From NCBI GenBank assembly GCA_002269645.1, contig NIVC01000327.1:248001-312000 (forward strand): DNA of 64,000 bases, written 5' to 3'. A program made the translations under genes and the position numbers. The notes under the pieces were generated by a model. That model was not told the DNA's origin, made no database searches, and saw nothing but the letters and a program-made list of their open reading frames with translations. Numbering within the stretch: position 1 is the first letter of the stretch; each line of letters begins with the position of its first letter. The stretch is from Macrostomum lignano. Lineage: Eukaryota. This document shows positions 1 through 11,480 of this stretch, piece after piece.

Positions 1-960
1 CTCCTCTCCTCTTCTCTTCTCTCCTCTCCTCTCGTCTCCTTCCTCTCCTCTCCTCTTCTCTCCTCTCCTCTCCTCTCCTCTCCTCTTCTCTTCTCTCGTC
101 CCCTCTCGTCTCCTTTCCTCTCGTCTCCTCTCCTCTCCTCTCCTCTCTTCTACTCTCCTCTTCTCTCCTCTCCTCTCCTCTCCTCTCCTCTCTCTCCTCT
201 CTCTACTCTCCTCTTCTCTCCTCTCCTCTCCTCTCTTCTCCTCTTCTCTCGTCTTCTCTCCTCTCCTCTCCTCTCCTTTCCTCTCCTCTCCTCTCCTCTC
301 CTCTCCTCTCCTCTCCTCTCTTCTCCTCTCCTCTCTTTTCCTCTCCTCTCCTCTCCTCTCCTCTCCTCTTCTCTCCTCTCCTCTCCTCTCCTCTCCTCTC
401 CTCTCCTCTCTTCTACTCTCCTCTTCTCTCCTCTCCTCTCCTCTCTTCTCCTCTCCTCTCCTCTCTTCTCCTCTCCTCTCTTTTCCTCTCCTCTCCTCTC
501 CTCTCCTCTCCTCTTCTCTCCTCTCCTCTCCTCTCCTCTCCTCTCCTCTCTTCTACTCTCCTCTTCTCTCCTCTCCTCTCCTCTCTTCTCCTCTTCTCTC
601 GTCTCCTCTCCTCTCCTCTCCTCTTCTCTTCTCTCGTCTCCTCTCCTCTCCTCTCCTCTTCTCTCCTCTCCTCTCCTCTCCTCTCCTCTCTTCTACTCTC
701 CTCTTCTCTCCTCTCCTCTCCTCTCTTCTCCTCTTCTCTCGTCTCCTCTCCTCTCCTCTCCTCTCCTCTCCTCTCCTCTCCTCTTCTCTCCTCCTCTCTC
801 TCCTCTCCTCTCGTCTCCTCTTCTCTCTCCTCTCCTCTTCCTCTCCTCTCCTCTCCTCTCCTCTCTCTCTCCTCTCTCGTCTCCTCTCGTCTCCTTTCCT
901 CTCCTCTCCTCTCGTCTTGTCTCCTCTGCTGTCTCCTTTTGTCTCTTCCCTCCTCTCCTC
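1..960. repeat. Low-complexity (CTCTC)n-type polypyrimidine microsatellite
   Basis: Degenerate CTCTC/CTCTT pentamers from position 1; the minus-strand E/R/G-rich ORFs are translations of this repeat. Confidence 0.95.
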
Positions 961-1762
961 CCCTCCCTTTCCTATTTCCATTAAAGCTCATTTCTCCCAA
1001 TCTTCTTTCCGTGCGTCATTCTCGTAATTTCCCTTCACGCGCTTTATGCCCCGCGTTCTTGCAATCTTTTCAAAACCCAAAGCAATCTGTTTGTATCGTG
1101 ACACCTTTTTATCCTTCCGAGCAGATTCAAAAGAAGCGCCCAAGCCAGAATTGGTGGCAATTTCGATTTGATCAAGTTTCATGCTGAAACAGACAACTGA
1201 AAGCGCCTAAAAAGAATTGGAATTTTCTCAGCATCACTAGCACAAGACTAATTGGACTTAAAATGAAGCCATTTTCTCTAGGACTCTGGCTGTATAGCAT
1301 CCGTTGCGTTTGATGCCTTTGAAGTCTTTTTCGAAGCCATCCTGCCCAAGGCTGCACGTCAGTCCGTATTAGTACTTGAACTTGGTCTAGTGCGCACTTG
1401 TAGTGTAGCAGTACAGTGCGCTAAGTTTCCTTGTTCCAGTTGCAACAGGGGGGCCTACACACTTTCTACTCGTATTATTACTGTCGATACTAAATGCCAT
1501 TTTAGAATTGCTTAAAATGCTGTTGTGTACATCTCTCTCAGGCCGTCACACACACGGAGACAGACACAAGTATTCCCTCAGCTCCCTCTCTCCTCCCCCC
1601 ATGCTGCCCAATCGGAATCCCCTCTTTTGCTTCATCAATTTTCCATCCTGACCTCCTCTCTCCTACCCCTGCCCTCCCACCCTTGCCTTAGTGTATAAAC
1701 TTCAACATTTTCGTTCAATAATTTTTTCTACCTTATCTTATCTATATTTTTGAAGAAAAAAA

Positions 1763-2086
1763 TTGCAATTAATCATAAGGTTAGTAAGTAGTATTGGCAG
1801 CGGCGACGGAGGAGGAAATGAATCGAAAAGCTGCTTTGACAATTTCGAAAGTTCAGTAGTGCCTGTCAGCGGTACTAATATTCATAATTATAATAGTAGT
1901 AATAATAAGCATCAATCAAGTCTGGCCATGTCCAGCATGACAGCAGCCAGTTATGTCGGAGTAGAGCAGCGCCTAGAGGCTGCTGAAGACTGTGTCGAAG
2001 ACTGTCTGGATGGCAGTCAGCAGTCTAGCGGAGTCACCGCTGAGGAGATCCTGTCGTTGGAGGCTGTGCTGTCAGTGCCGGGCAAT
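1763..2086 (+). CDS. Candidate upstream coding exon of the PDZ-PTP gene (low-complexity linker; 5' boundary undetermined)
   Basis: Open frame with coding-like composition ends at AAT|GTAAGT (2087), a phase-0 donor matching the phase-0 acceptor at 5807/5808. No recognisable domain. Confidence 0.45.
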
Positions 2087-2127
2087 GTAAGTTGAACAAT
2101 GGGCGATGTAGAGATTGAATTGATGAG

Positions 2128-3190
2128 GAATTAGTGTGCATACAGAGTGCGAGATGGAGAGAGTAGAGTGTAGGATAGAGATGAAAGATGGTAGTGTAGA
2201 GTGCGAGATGGAGAGAGATGTAGAGAGTAGAGTGTAGGATAGAGATGAGAGATGGTAGTGTAGAGTGTGAGATGGAGATGAGAGATGGTAGTGTAGAGTG
2301 TGAGATAGAGATGAGAGATGGTAGTGTAGAGTGTGAGATGGAGATGAGAGATGGTAGTGTAGAGTGTGAGATAAAGATAAGAGAGATATAGAGTAGAGTG
2401 TGGGATTGAGATGAGAGATGTAAAGTAGAGTGGAGATGGAGATGAGAGATGGTAAGTGTAGAGTGTGAGATGGAGATGAGAGATGGTAGTGTAGAGTGTG
2501 AGATGGAGATGAGAGATGGTAGTGTAGAGTGTGAGATAAAGATAGGAGAGATATAGAGTAGAGTGTAGGATTGAGATGAGAGATGTAGAGTAGAGTGGAG
2601 ATGGAGATGAGAGATGGTAGTGTAGATGCAGATGAGATGCAGATGAGAGATTTAGAATAAAGTGCGAGATATAGTAAGAGAAATACAGAGTAAGAATGCG
2701 AAATGGAGATGAGAGATGTAGAGCAGAGTGCTAGATAGAGGTAAGAGAGATTTATATTAAAGTAGTGCAAGATGGAGATAAGAGATAAAGAGTAGAGTGC
2801 GAGATGGAGATGAGAGTGATATAGAGTAGGTGCAAGATGAAGATAAGACAGATGTAGAGTAGAGTGCAAGATGGAGATAAGAGAGATATAGAGTAAGTGC
2901 AAGATGGAGATAAGAGAGATATAGAGTAGAGTGCAAGATGGAGATAAGAGAGATATAGAGTACAGTGCAAGATGGAGATAAGAGAGATGCAGAGTACAGT
3001 GCAAGACGGAGATAAGAGAGATATAGAGTAAGTGCAAGATGGAGATAAGAGAGATGCAGAGTACAGTGCAAGACGGAGATAAGAGAGATATAGAGTAAGT
3101 GCAAGATGGAGATAAGAGAGATGTAGAGTACAGTGCAAGACGGAGATAAGAGAGATATAGAGTACAGTGCAAGATGGAGAGTACAGCATG
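2128..3190. repeat. Degenerate purine-rich tandem repeat (GAGATGGAGAT/AGAGTAGAGTG units), intronic
   Basis: Recurrent gtgcaagatggagataagagagatatagag-like units. Confidence 0.9.
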
Positions 3191-3616
3191 AGTTTGCTAG
3201 ATGATAGATGTGAATAGATTTAGAATAGATAATTGGAGTCCCTAAAATGCAAGACGAATAAGTTCTCAAGCGCGCAAGAAGAGAGAGCAGTAAGGCATAA
3301 TATTGGTAAAGGCAAGCGAAGGATTTTCGTCCTTATTAGGACAGGAAGGAACTTTCTGGGTGTCCTATCGAGACAGAAAAGTCATATAACCGAGCTCTCT
3401 AGCTGCCATAGCGGCTACCTCTGTCTGGCTTTCGTGTGTAATTAGTCAATTTTTTTTACCTTCGCTGCATTTTCTGAAGCTTTTATCTGTTCGATTCTAG
3501 AATTAGTTGCTTTTTCTGGTTTAGCTACCCTGTGCGTCTTAGTTGCTGTAGAGCAAAGTTTTTTTACTGTATGCTTTTCCAGGCTAGTTTTGCGATGATT
3601 AAGGGAGCTCATCCCT

Positions 3617-5738
3617 GTGCATTACACCAGATCCCAGTGCATTACATCAGATCCCAGTGCATTACATCAGATCCCAGTGCATTACATCAGATCCCAGTGC
3701 ATTACATCAGATCCCAGTGCATTACATCAGATCCCAGTGCATTACATCAGATCCCAGTGCATTACATCAGATCCCAATGCATTACATAAGATTCCAGTGC
3801 AATACACCAGATCCCAATGCATTACATCAGATCCCGATGCATTACATCAGATCCCAATGCATTACATCAGATCCCGATGCATTACATCAGATCCCAATGC
3901 ATTACATCAGATCCCAATGCATTACATAAGATTCCAGTGCAATACACCAGATCCCAATGCATTACATCAGATCCCGATGCATTACATCAGATCCCAATGC
4001 ATTACATCAGATCCCAATGCATTACATCAGATCCCAATGCATTACATCAGATCCCAATGCATTACATCAGATCCCAATGCATTACATAAGATTCCAGTGC
4101 AATACACCAGATCCCAATGCATTACATCAGATCCCGATGCATTACATCAGATCCCAATGCATTACATCAGATCCCAATGCATTACATAAGATTCCAGTGC
4201 AATACACCAGATCCCAATGCATTACATCAGATCCCAATGCATTACATCAGATCCCAATGCATTACATAAGATTCCAGTGCAATACACCAGATCCCAATGC
4301 ATTACATCAGATCCCGATGCATTACATCAGATCCCAATGCATTACATCAGATCCCAATGCATTACATAAGATTCCAGTGCAATACACCAGATCCCAATGC
4401 ATTACATCAGATCCCGATGCATTACATCAGATCCCAATGCATTACATCAGATCCCGATGCATTACATCAGATCCCAATGCATTTCATCGGATCCCAATGC
4501 ATTTCATCAGATCCCAATGCATTACATCAGATCCCAATGCATTACATCAGATTCCAGTGCAATACACCAGATCCCAATGCATTACATCAGATCCCGATGC
4601 ATTACATCAGATCCTAATGCATTACATCAGATCCCAATGCATTACATAAGATTCCAGTGCAATACACCAGATCCCAATGCATTACATAAGATCCCGATGC
4701 ATTACATCAGATCCCAATGCATTACATCAGATCCCAATGCATTACATCAGATCCCAATGCATTACATCAGATCCCAATGCATTACATCTGATCCCAATGC
4801 ATTACATAAGATTCCAGTGCAATACACCAGATCCCAATGCATTACATCAGATCCTGATGCATTACATCAGATCCCAATGCATTACATCAGATCCCAATGC
4901 ATTACATAAGATTCCAGTGCAATACACCAGATCCCAATGCATTACATCAGATCCCGATGCATTACATCAGATCCCGATGCATTACATCAGATCCCAATGC
5001 ATTACATCAGATCCCGATGCATTACATCAGATCCCAATGCATTTCATCAGATCCCAATGCATTTCATCAGATCCCAATGCATTACATCAGATCCCAGTGC
5101 ATTACATCAGATTCCAGTGCAATACACCAGATCCCAATGCATTACATCAGATCCCAATGCATTTCATCAGATCCCAATGCATTACATCAGATCCCAATGC
5201 ATTACATCAGATCCCAATGCATTACATAAGATTCCAGTGCAATACACCAGATCCCAATGCATTACATCAGATCCCAATGCATTACATAAGATTCCAGTGC
5301 AATACACCAGATCCCGATGCATTACATAAGATTCCAGTGCAATACACCAGATCCCGATGCATTACATCAGATGCCAGTGCATTAAATCAGATCCCAGTGC
5401 ATTACATCAGATCCCAATGCATTACATCAGATCCCAATGCATTACATCAGATCCCAGTGCATTACATCAGATCCCAATGCATTACATAAGATTCCAGTGC
5501 AATACACCAGATCCCAATGCATTACATCAGATCCCGATGCATTACATCAGATCCCAATGCATTACATCAGATCCCAATGCATTACATCAGATCCCAATGC
5601 ATTACATCAGATCCCAGTGCATTACATCAGATCCCAATGCATTACATAAGATTCCAGTGCAATACACCAGATCCCGATGCATTACATCAGATGCCAGTGC
5701 ATTACATCAGATCCCAGTGCATTACATCAGATCCCAAT
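3617..5738. repeat. 20-bp minisatellite (ATTACATCAGATCCCAATGC)n, ~105 copies
   Basis: Exact 20-bp period; three units align on every 60-nt line. Confidence 0.98.
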
Positions 5739-5807
5739 GATGAATGAACGATTGAGCCAGGAATACCCCAGCTACAATCTCACTAATCCCTCTGCAATCC
5801 CCATCAG

Positions 5808-6426
5808 GCTGGCAGCTGCTTCCCCGGCTGCCCCAGCCTCACCACTGCCACTGTGAGAATCAAGCCGGACAGCTCGGGCCGTTTCGGCTTCAACGTCAAA
5901 GGCGGTGCAGACCAAGACTCGCCTATTCTGGTGTCCAGAGTGGCCCCGAACTCGCCAGCAGATCTAACGGAGCCCCGACTCCGGCAAGGCGACCAGCTGT
6001 TGTACATCAACGGCCGCGATCTGGGCGGTCACACTCACGAACAGGCTGTACAGTTCATCCGCGCCGCCGCTGAAAGGCACTCGGGCGAACTACTCTTAGT
6101 AGTGAGACAGCGCAGCTCCACTGATGAAGAAGCCGCCTCGGCCCAGCTGCCTGTTGTGCCCATCACTATTATAGATCCTGCAGACTGCGACTATCGGCTG
6201 GATAAGGATAATATCGACGAATTTACTGATGAACAATCCGATGACAATGACCGTTACGACGATTCTTCGTTGATGGATTCAATGCGTCAATTGCAGTTGG
6301 AGCTGGAGAGCGGAGTTGCCCTGGATCAGTTCGATCGGCTGTTCAGGCGGAAACCCGGTCTGAGCATGAGCGCCGCGAGGAGGCCTGAGAATCTGGCTAA
6401 GAACCGCTACAGGGATATCAGTCCGT
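5808..6426 (+). CDS. PTPN3/PTPN4-like: Non-receptor tyrosine phosphatase exon: PDZ domain, linker and start of PTP domain
   Basis: IKPDSSGRFGFNVKGG...VSRVAPNSPAD...GDQLLYING is a PTPN3/4-type PDZ, followed by the NLAKNRYRDISP (KNRY) motif. Acceptor CCCCATCAG (5807) with upstream CTAAT; phase-1 donor CCG T|GTGAGT (6427). Confidence 0.9.
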
Positions 6427-6439
6427 GTGAGTGTCTGCT

Positions 6440-8412
6440 GCTGAGGTGCTGTGTCTCCTGACTCTCACTGCTGGGTCTTCTGACTCTCACTGCTGTGTCT
6501 CTCCTGACTCTCACTGCTGTGTCTCCTGACTCTCACTGCTGTGTCTCTCCTGACTCTCACTGCTGTGTCTCTCCTGACTCTCACTGCTGTGTCTCCTGAC
6601 TCTCACTGCTGTGTCTTCTGACTCTCACTGCTGTGTCTCTCCTGACTCTCACTGCTGTGTCTCCTGACTCTCACTGCTGTGTCTTCTGACTCTCACTGCT
6701 GTGTCTCTCCTGACTCTCACTGCTGTGTCTCCTGTCTCTCACTGCTGTGTCTTCTGACTCTCACTGCTGTGTCTCTCCTGACTCTCACTGCTGTGTCTCT
6801 CCTGACTCTCACTGCTGTGTCTCTCCTGACTCTCACTGCTGTGTCTCTCCTGACTCTCACTGCTGTGTATCCTGACTCTCACTGCTGTGTCTCTCCTGAC
6901 TCTCACTGCTGTGTCTCTCCTGACTCTCACTGCTGTGTCTCTCCTGACTCTCACTGCTGTGTCTCTCCTGACTCTCACTGCTGTGTCTCTCCTGACTCTC
7001 ACTGCTGTGTATCCTGACTCTCACTGCTGTGTCTCTCCTGACTCTCACTGCTGTGTCTCTCCTGACTCTCACTCCTGTGTCTCCCCTGACTCTCACTGCT
7101 GTGCCTCCCCTGACTCTCACTGCTGTGTCTCCCCTGACTCTCACTGCTGTGTCTCTCCTGACTCTCACTGATGTGTCTCCTGTCTCTCACTGCTGTCTCT
7201 CCTGACTCTCACTGCTGTGTCTCCTGACTCTCACTGCTGTGTCTCTTGACTCTCACTGCTGTGTCTCCTGACTCTCACTGCTGTGTCTCCTGACTCTCAC
7301 TGCTGTGTCTCTTGACTCTCACTGCTGTGTCTCTTGACTCTCACTGCTGTGTCTCCTGACTCTCACTGCTGTGTCTCTTGACTCTCACTGCTGTGTCTCC
7401 CCTGACTCTCACTGATGTGTCTCTCCTGACTCTCACTGCTGTGTCTCTCCTGACTCTCACTGCTGTGTCTCTCCTGACTCTCACTGCTGTGTCTCTCCTG
7501 ACTCTCACTGATGTGTATCCTGACTCTCACTCCTGTGTCTCTCCTGACTCTCACTGCTGTGTCTCTCCTGACTCTCACTGCTGTGTCTCCTGACTCTCAC
7601 TGCTGTGTATCCTGACTCTCACTGCTGTGTATCCTGACTCTGACTGCTGTGTCTCCCCTGACTCTGACTGCTGTGTCTCTCCTGACTCTCACTGCTGTCT
7701 CTCCTGACTCTCACTGCTGTGTCTCCTGACTCTCACTGCTGTGTCTCTTGACTCTCACTGCTGTGTCTCTTGACTCTCACTGCTGTGTCTCTCCTGACTC
7801 TCACTGCTGTGTCTCTCCTGACTCTCACTGCTGTGTCTCTTGACTCTCACTGCTGTGTCTCTTGACTCTCACTGCTGTGTCTCCTGACTCTCACTGCTGT
7901 GTCTCTTGACTCTCACTGCTGTGTCTCCCCTGACTCTCACTGATGTGTCTCTCCTGACTCTCACTGCTGTGTCTCTCCTGACTCTCACTGCTGTGTCTCT
8001 CCTGACTCTCACTGCTGTGTCTCTCCTGACTCTCACTGCTGTGTATCCTGACTCTCACTCCTGTGTCTCTCCTGACTCTCACTGCTGTGTCTCTCCTGAC
8101 TCTCACTGCTGTGTCTCCTGACTCTCACTGCTGTGTATCCTGACTCTCACTGCTGTGTATCCTGACTCTGACTGCTGTGTCTCCCCTGACTCTGACTGCT
8201 GTGTCTCTCCTGACTCTCACTGCTGTGTATCCTGACTCTTACTGCTGTGTCTTCCCTGACTCTCACTGCTGTGTCTTCCCTGACTCTCACTGCTGTGTCT
8301 CCCCTGACTCTCACTGCTGTGTCTTCCCTGACTCTCACTGCTGTGTCTCCCCTGACTCTCACTGCTGTGTCTCCCCTGACTCTCACTCCTGTGTCTCCCC
8401 TGACTCTCACTG
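6440..8412. repeat. 22-24-bp minisatellite (CCTGACTCTCACTGCTGTGTCT[CT])n in PTP intron
   Basis: Continuous tandem units beginning just after the splice donor. Confidence 0.97.
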
Positions 8413-8744
8413 TACTATAATGGCAATCTAAAAGTGTTTGCAAAAGATATCCAGCTTCTCGATTTTAATAGCAGTCTTGATAATCCCAGAGTTGAAATAA
8501 TTGCAGCCATCCCATTTGCCCGGTGCAAGAGTTAAAATAATAGTATTAGAGTCTAATTTGCTTTCAAGTCCAGGCCTCATTGTCATTATCAAACTTTTTA
8601 CTGGCCTGGATGTTCACTTAAAAAGTAGACCTGTTTCTCAGATAATTTCTGTGTAATTATCTACTCGCAGTTGTCCCTGGAAACTGTGAAGCCTGCTTAT
8701 CATCTGCTTGAGCCTCAGCTTTGCACGACAGTTAATTTGAACTT

Positions 8745-9078
8745 TAGCATCTCAGCGACTCCCCCTATTGAGCCATGGCATCTCAGCATCTCTCCTCTCA
8801 CTGAGCCATGGCATCTCAGCGACTCCCCCTACTGAGCCATGGCATCTCAGCATCTCTCCTCTCACTGAGCCATGGCATCTCAGCATCTCCCCTCTCACTG
8901 AGCCATGGCATCTCAGCATCTCCCCTCTCACTGAGCCATGGCATCTCAGCATCTCCCCTCTCACTGAGCCATGGCATCTCAGCATCTCCCCTCTCACTGA
9001 GCCATGGCATCTCAGCATCTCCCCATTGAGCCATGGCATCTCAGCATCTCCCCCCATTGAGCCATGGCATCTCAGCAT
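8745..9078. repeat. ~33-bp minisatellite (GAGCCATGGCATCTCAGCATCTCCCCTCTCACT)n
   Basis: About 10 tandem copies; 11-aa periodicity in the ORF track. Confidence 0.95.
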
Positions 9079-9195
9079 CCCTGTACTGTGGATTGGCTCT
9101 CATAGGCATGATTCTAGAATCGAAGTCGGGACTTAAATCGCTAAGAAAGTGTATTATCAATGTTTTTACCTTCACCACTGTCCGCACACCTGCAG

Positions 9196-9695
9196 ACGAC
9201 GCCACTCGGGTTACACTGAGCTGCAGCCCGAACTGCTCCCAAGCTTCATCATCTAGCAAATCCGGCGACCTCAGCATCTCAGACTACATCAACGCCTCCC
9301 ATGTTGACATGCGAATACCCAGCCCCTGCGGCACTGTGAATCGCTACATTGCAGCTCAGGGCCCGCTGCCAAATACCTGTTCCGATTTCTGGCAGATGTG
9401 CTGGGAACAGTCTGTATCGCTGGTTGTCATGCTAACGGTTAGTAACGAGAGAGGCCGGACTAAGTGTCACGAATATTGGCCACCCCTGTATGAAACCGTC
9501 GATCATTGTAACGGCCTGTCAGTCACCTGTGTATCTGAACAGGTGCCAAAACTGTTTGGCAATGCTAAGAATAGCGATAATGATGATATCGCTGATACTG
9601 ACCGTGAGTGCGGATTTGCTCAGCGGGAGTTTATGATTAGCAAAACGGCTGATGCTGAGACTGCCGGAGAAGGGTCTGAAGTGCAGCAGAGACAG
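9196..9695 (+). CDS. PTPN3/PTPN4-like: PTP catalytic domain exon
   Basis: Acceptor CTGCAG (9195); T+AC gives the Tyr of SPYDATRV. Contains DYINAS, YIAAQGPLPNTCSDFWQMCWEQ, VVML and KCHEYWP motifs. Phase-0 donor CAG|GTGAGA (9696). Confidence 0.93.
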
Positions 9696-9719
9696 GTGAG
9701 ACTGCTCTTTACTTCTGTT

Positions 9720-10130
9720 TTTTCTTCCTTCCCTCTTCCTCCCCTCTTCCTCACCCTCTTCCTCACCCTCTTCCTTACCCTCTTCCTCCCCTCTTCCTCC
9801 CCCTCTTCCTCCTCGTCATCCTCCCCCTCTTCCACACCCTCTTCCTCCCCTCTTCCACCCCCTCATCCTCCCCTCTTCCTCACCCTCTTCCTTACCCTCT
9901 TCCTCCCCCTCTTCCACATCCTCTTCCTCCCCCTCTTCCTCCCCTCTTCCACCCCCTCATCCTCCCCTCATCCTCCCCCTCATCCTCCCCCTCTTCCATA
10001 CCCTCTTCTTCCCCCTCTTCCTCACCCTTTTCCTCCCCCTCATCCTCCCCCTCTTCCATACCCTCTTCCTCCCCCTCTTCCTCCCCTCTTTCTCACCCTC
10101 TTTCTCACCCTCTTGCTCCCCTCCTTTTCC
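9720..10130. repeat. CT-rich low-complexity tract filling PTP intron
   Basis: CCCCTCTTCCTC-type units. Confidence 0.9.
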
Positions 10131-10207
10131 CTATAGAGCTACCACAGCACTTTACCCTACAAAAGTTCCCAAACGCAGCTAATCGCCCAGCGCCTACCCG
10201 CTCTCAG

Positions 10208-10627
10208 GTGACGCACCTGCAGTACGCAGATTGGCCGGACCACGGTACGCCCAGCAACTTGGACGAGTTCCTAAATTTCGTTAGCCGGGTCCGGGCCCAC
10301 CGAGCCGGCCACTTGGCACCCGTGGTAGTGCACTGCTCCGCTGGCATTGGCCGGACTGGCGTCCTCATTGCCATGGAAACCGCTGTCTGCCTGATTGAAG
10401 CCGGCTTGCCAGTGAAACCGCTGTGCTTGCTGCGCAGGATGCGAAACCAGCGGCCGATGCTCATTCAGACAGCCGGACAGTACAGGTTCGTGTGCGAGGC
10501 CGTTCTGCGCTACTGGCAACAGTCGGGCAGAGGCGTCGGCCTTGCTGACCACCAGCTCCAGACCGCCGCTCAACCGGACGAAGCCAACACCAACTCGGAA
10601 AACAACAACTCGGCTTCTGCTTGTTGA
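10208..10627 (+). CDS. PTPN3/PTPN4-like: Terminal PTP exon with catalytic motifs
   Basis: Acceptor CTCTCAG (10207), phase 0. WPDHG loop, HCSAGIGRTG active-site loop and IQTAGQY Q-loop are all intact; stop ends at 10627. Confidence 0.95.
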   Translation: MTHLQYADWPDHGTPSNLDEFLNFVSRVRAHRAGHLAPVVVHCSAGIGRTGVLIAMETAVCLIEAGLPVKPLCLLRRMRNQRPMLIQTAGQYRFVCEAVLRYWQQSGRGVGLADHQLQTAAQPDEANTNSENNNSASAC

Positions 10628-10739
10628 GTGTTTTTTGCCGCTTAATGATTTGTTTACCAAAATATAGTCAGGGAAATGCTAAAACTTACTTATTTTGTAT
10701 GACTGTGCTAAAGATCTTCCTGAAGGTGGAGGGAAATTC

Positions 10740-11480
10740 CCCACGCAAAAATGGCACCCTCCCCGCAAAAATGACATCCATTCCCCACAAAAATGACACC
10801 CCTCAAACGCAAAAAATGGCACCCCTCCCACGCGAAAACGGAACTCCTCCCACGCAAAAATGGCACCCCTCCCACGCAAAAATGGCACCCTTCCCACGCA
10901 AAAATGGCACCCCTCCCACGCAAAAATGGCACCCCTCCCACGCAAAAATGGCACCCTTCCCACGCAAAAATGGCACCCCTGCCACGCAAAAATGGCACCC
11001 CTCCCACGCAAAAAATGGCACCCCTCCCACGCAAAAATGGCACCCCTCCCATGCAAAAATGGCACCCTTCCCACGCAAAAATGGCACCCCTCCCACGCAA
11101 AAATGGCACCCCTCCCATGCAAAAATGGCACCCTTCCCACGCAAAAATGGCACCCCTCCCACGCAAAAATGGCACCCCTCCCACGCAAAAATGGCACCCC
11201 TCCCACGCAAAAATGGCACCCCTCCCACGCAACAATGGCACCCCTCCCACGCAACAATGGCACCCCTCTCACGCAAAATTGGCACCCCTCCCACGCAAAA
11301 ATGGCGCCCCTCCCACGCAAAAATGGCACCCCTCCCACGCAACAATGGCACCCCTCCCACGCAACAATGGCACCCCTCTCACGCAAAAATGGCACCCCTC
11401 CCACGCAAAAATGGCGCCCCTCCCACGCAAAAATGGCGCCCCTCCCACGCAAAAAACGGCACCCCTCCCACGCAAAAATT
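10740..11480. repeat. 22-bp minisatellite (AAAAATGGCACCCCTCCCACGC)n
   Basis: About 33 tandem copies downstream of the PTP stop. Confidence 0.97.

Noticed and set aside
939-1380. Short ORFs and coding-like composition, possible TE ORF relic
   Set aside because: Multiple stops in all frames and no motif I can recognise.
3617-5738. Regular short repeats resembling a CRISPR array (also the 22-, 26- and 45-bp arrays)
   Set aside because: No unique spacers, no cas genes and a eukaryotic context.
413-5747. Long E/R/G-rich, LSISIL-rich and MHYIRSQCIT ORFs
   Set aside because: Translations of microsatellite and minisatellite arrays, open in several frames and lying in inferred introns.
6679-9078. 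Cys/His-rich ORFs (PDSHCCVS, MLRCHGS repeats)
   Set aside because: Minisatellite translations inside a well-supported intron.
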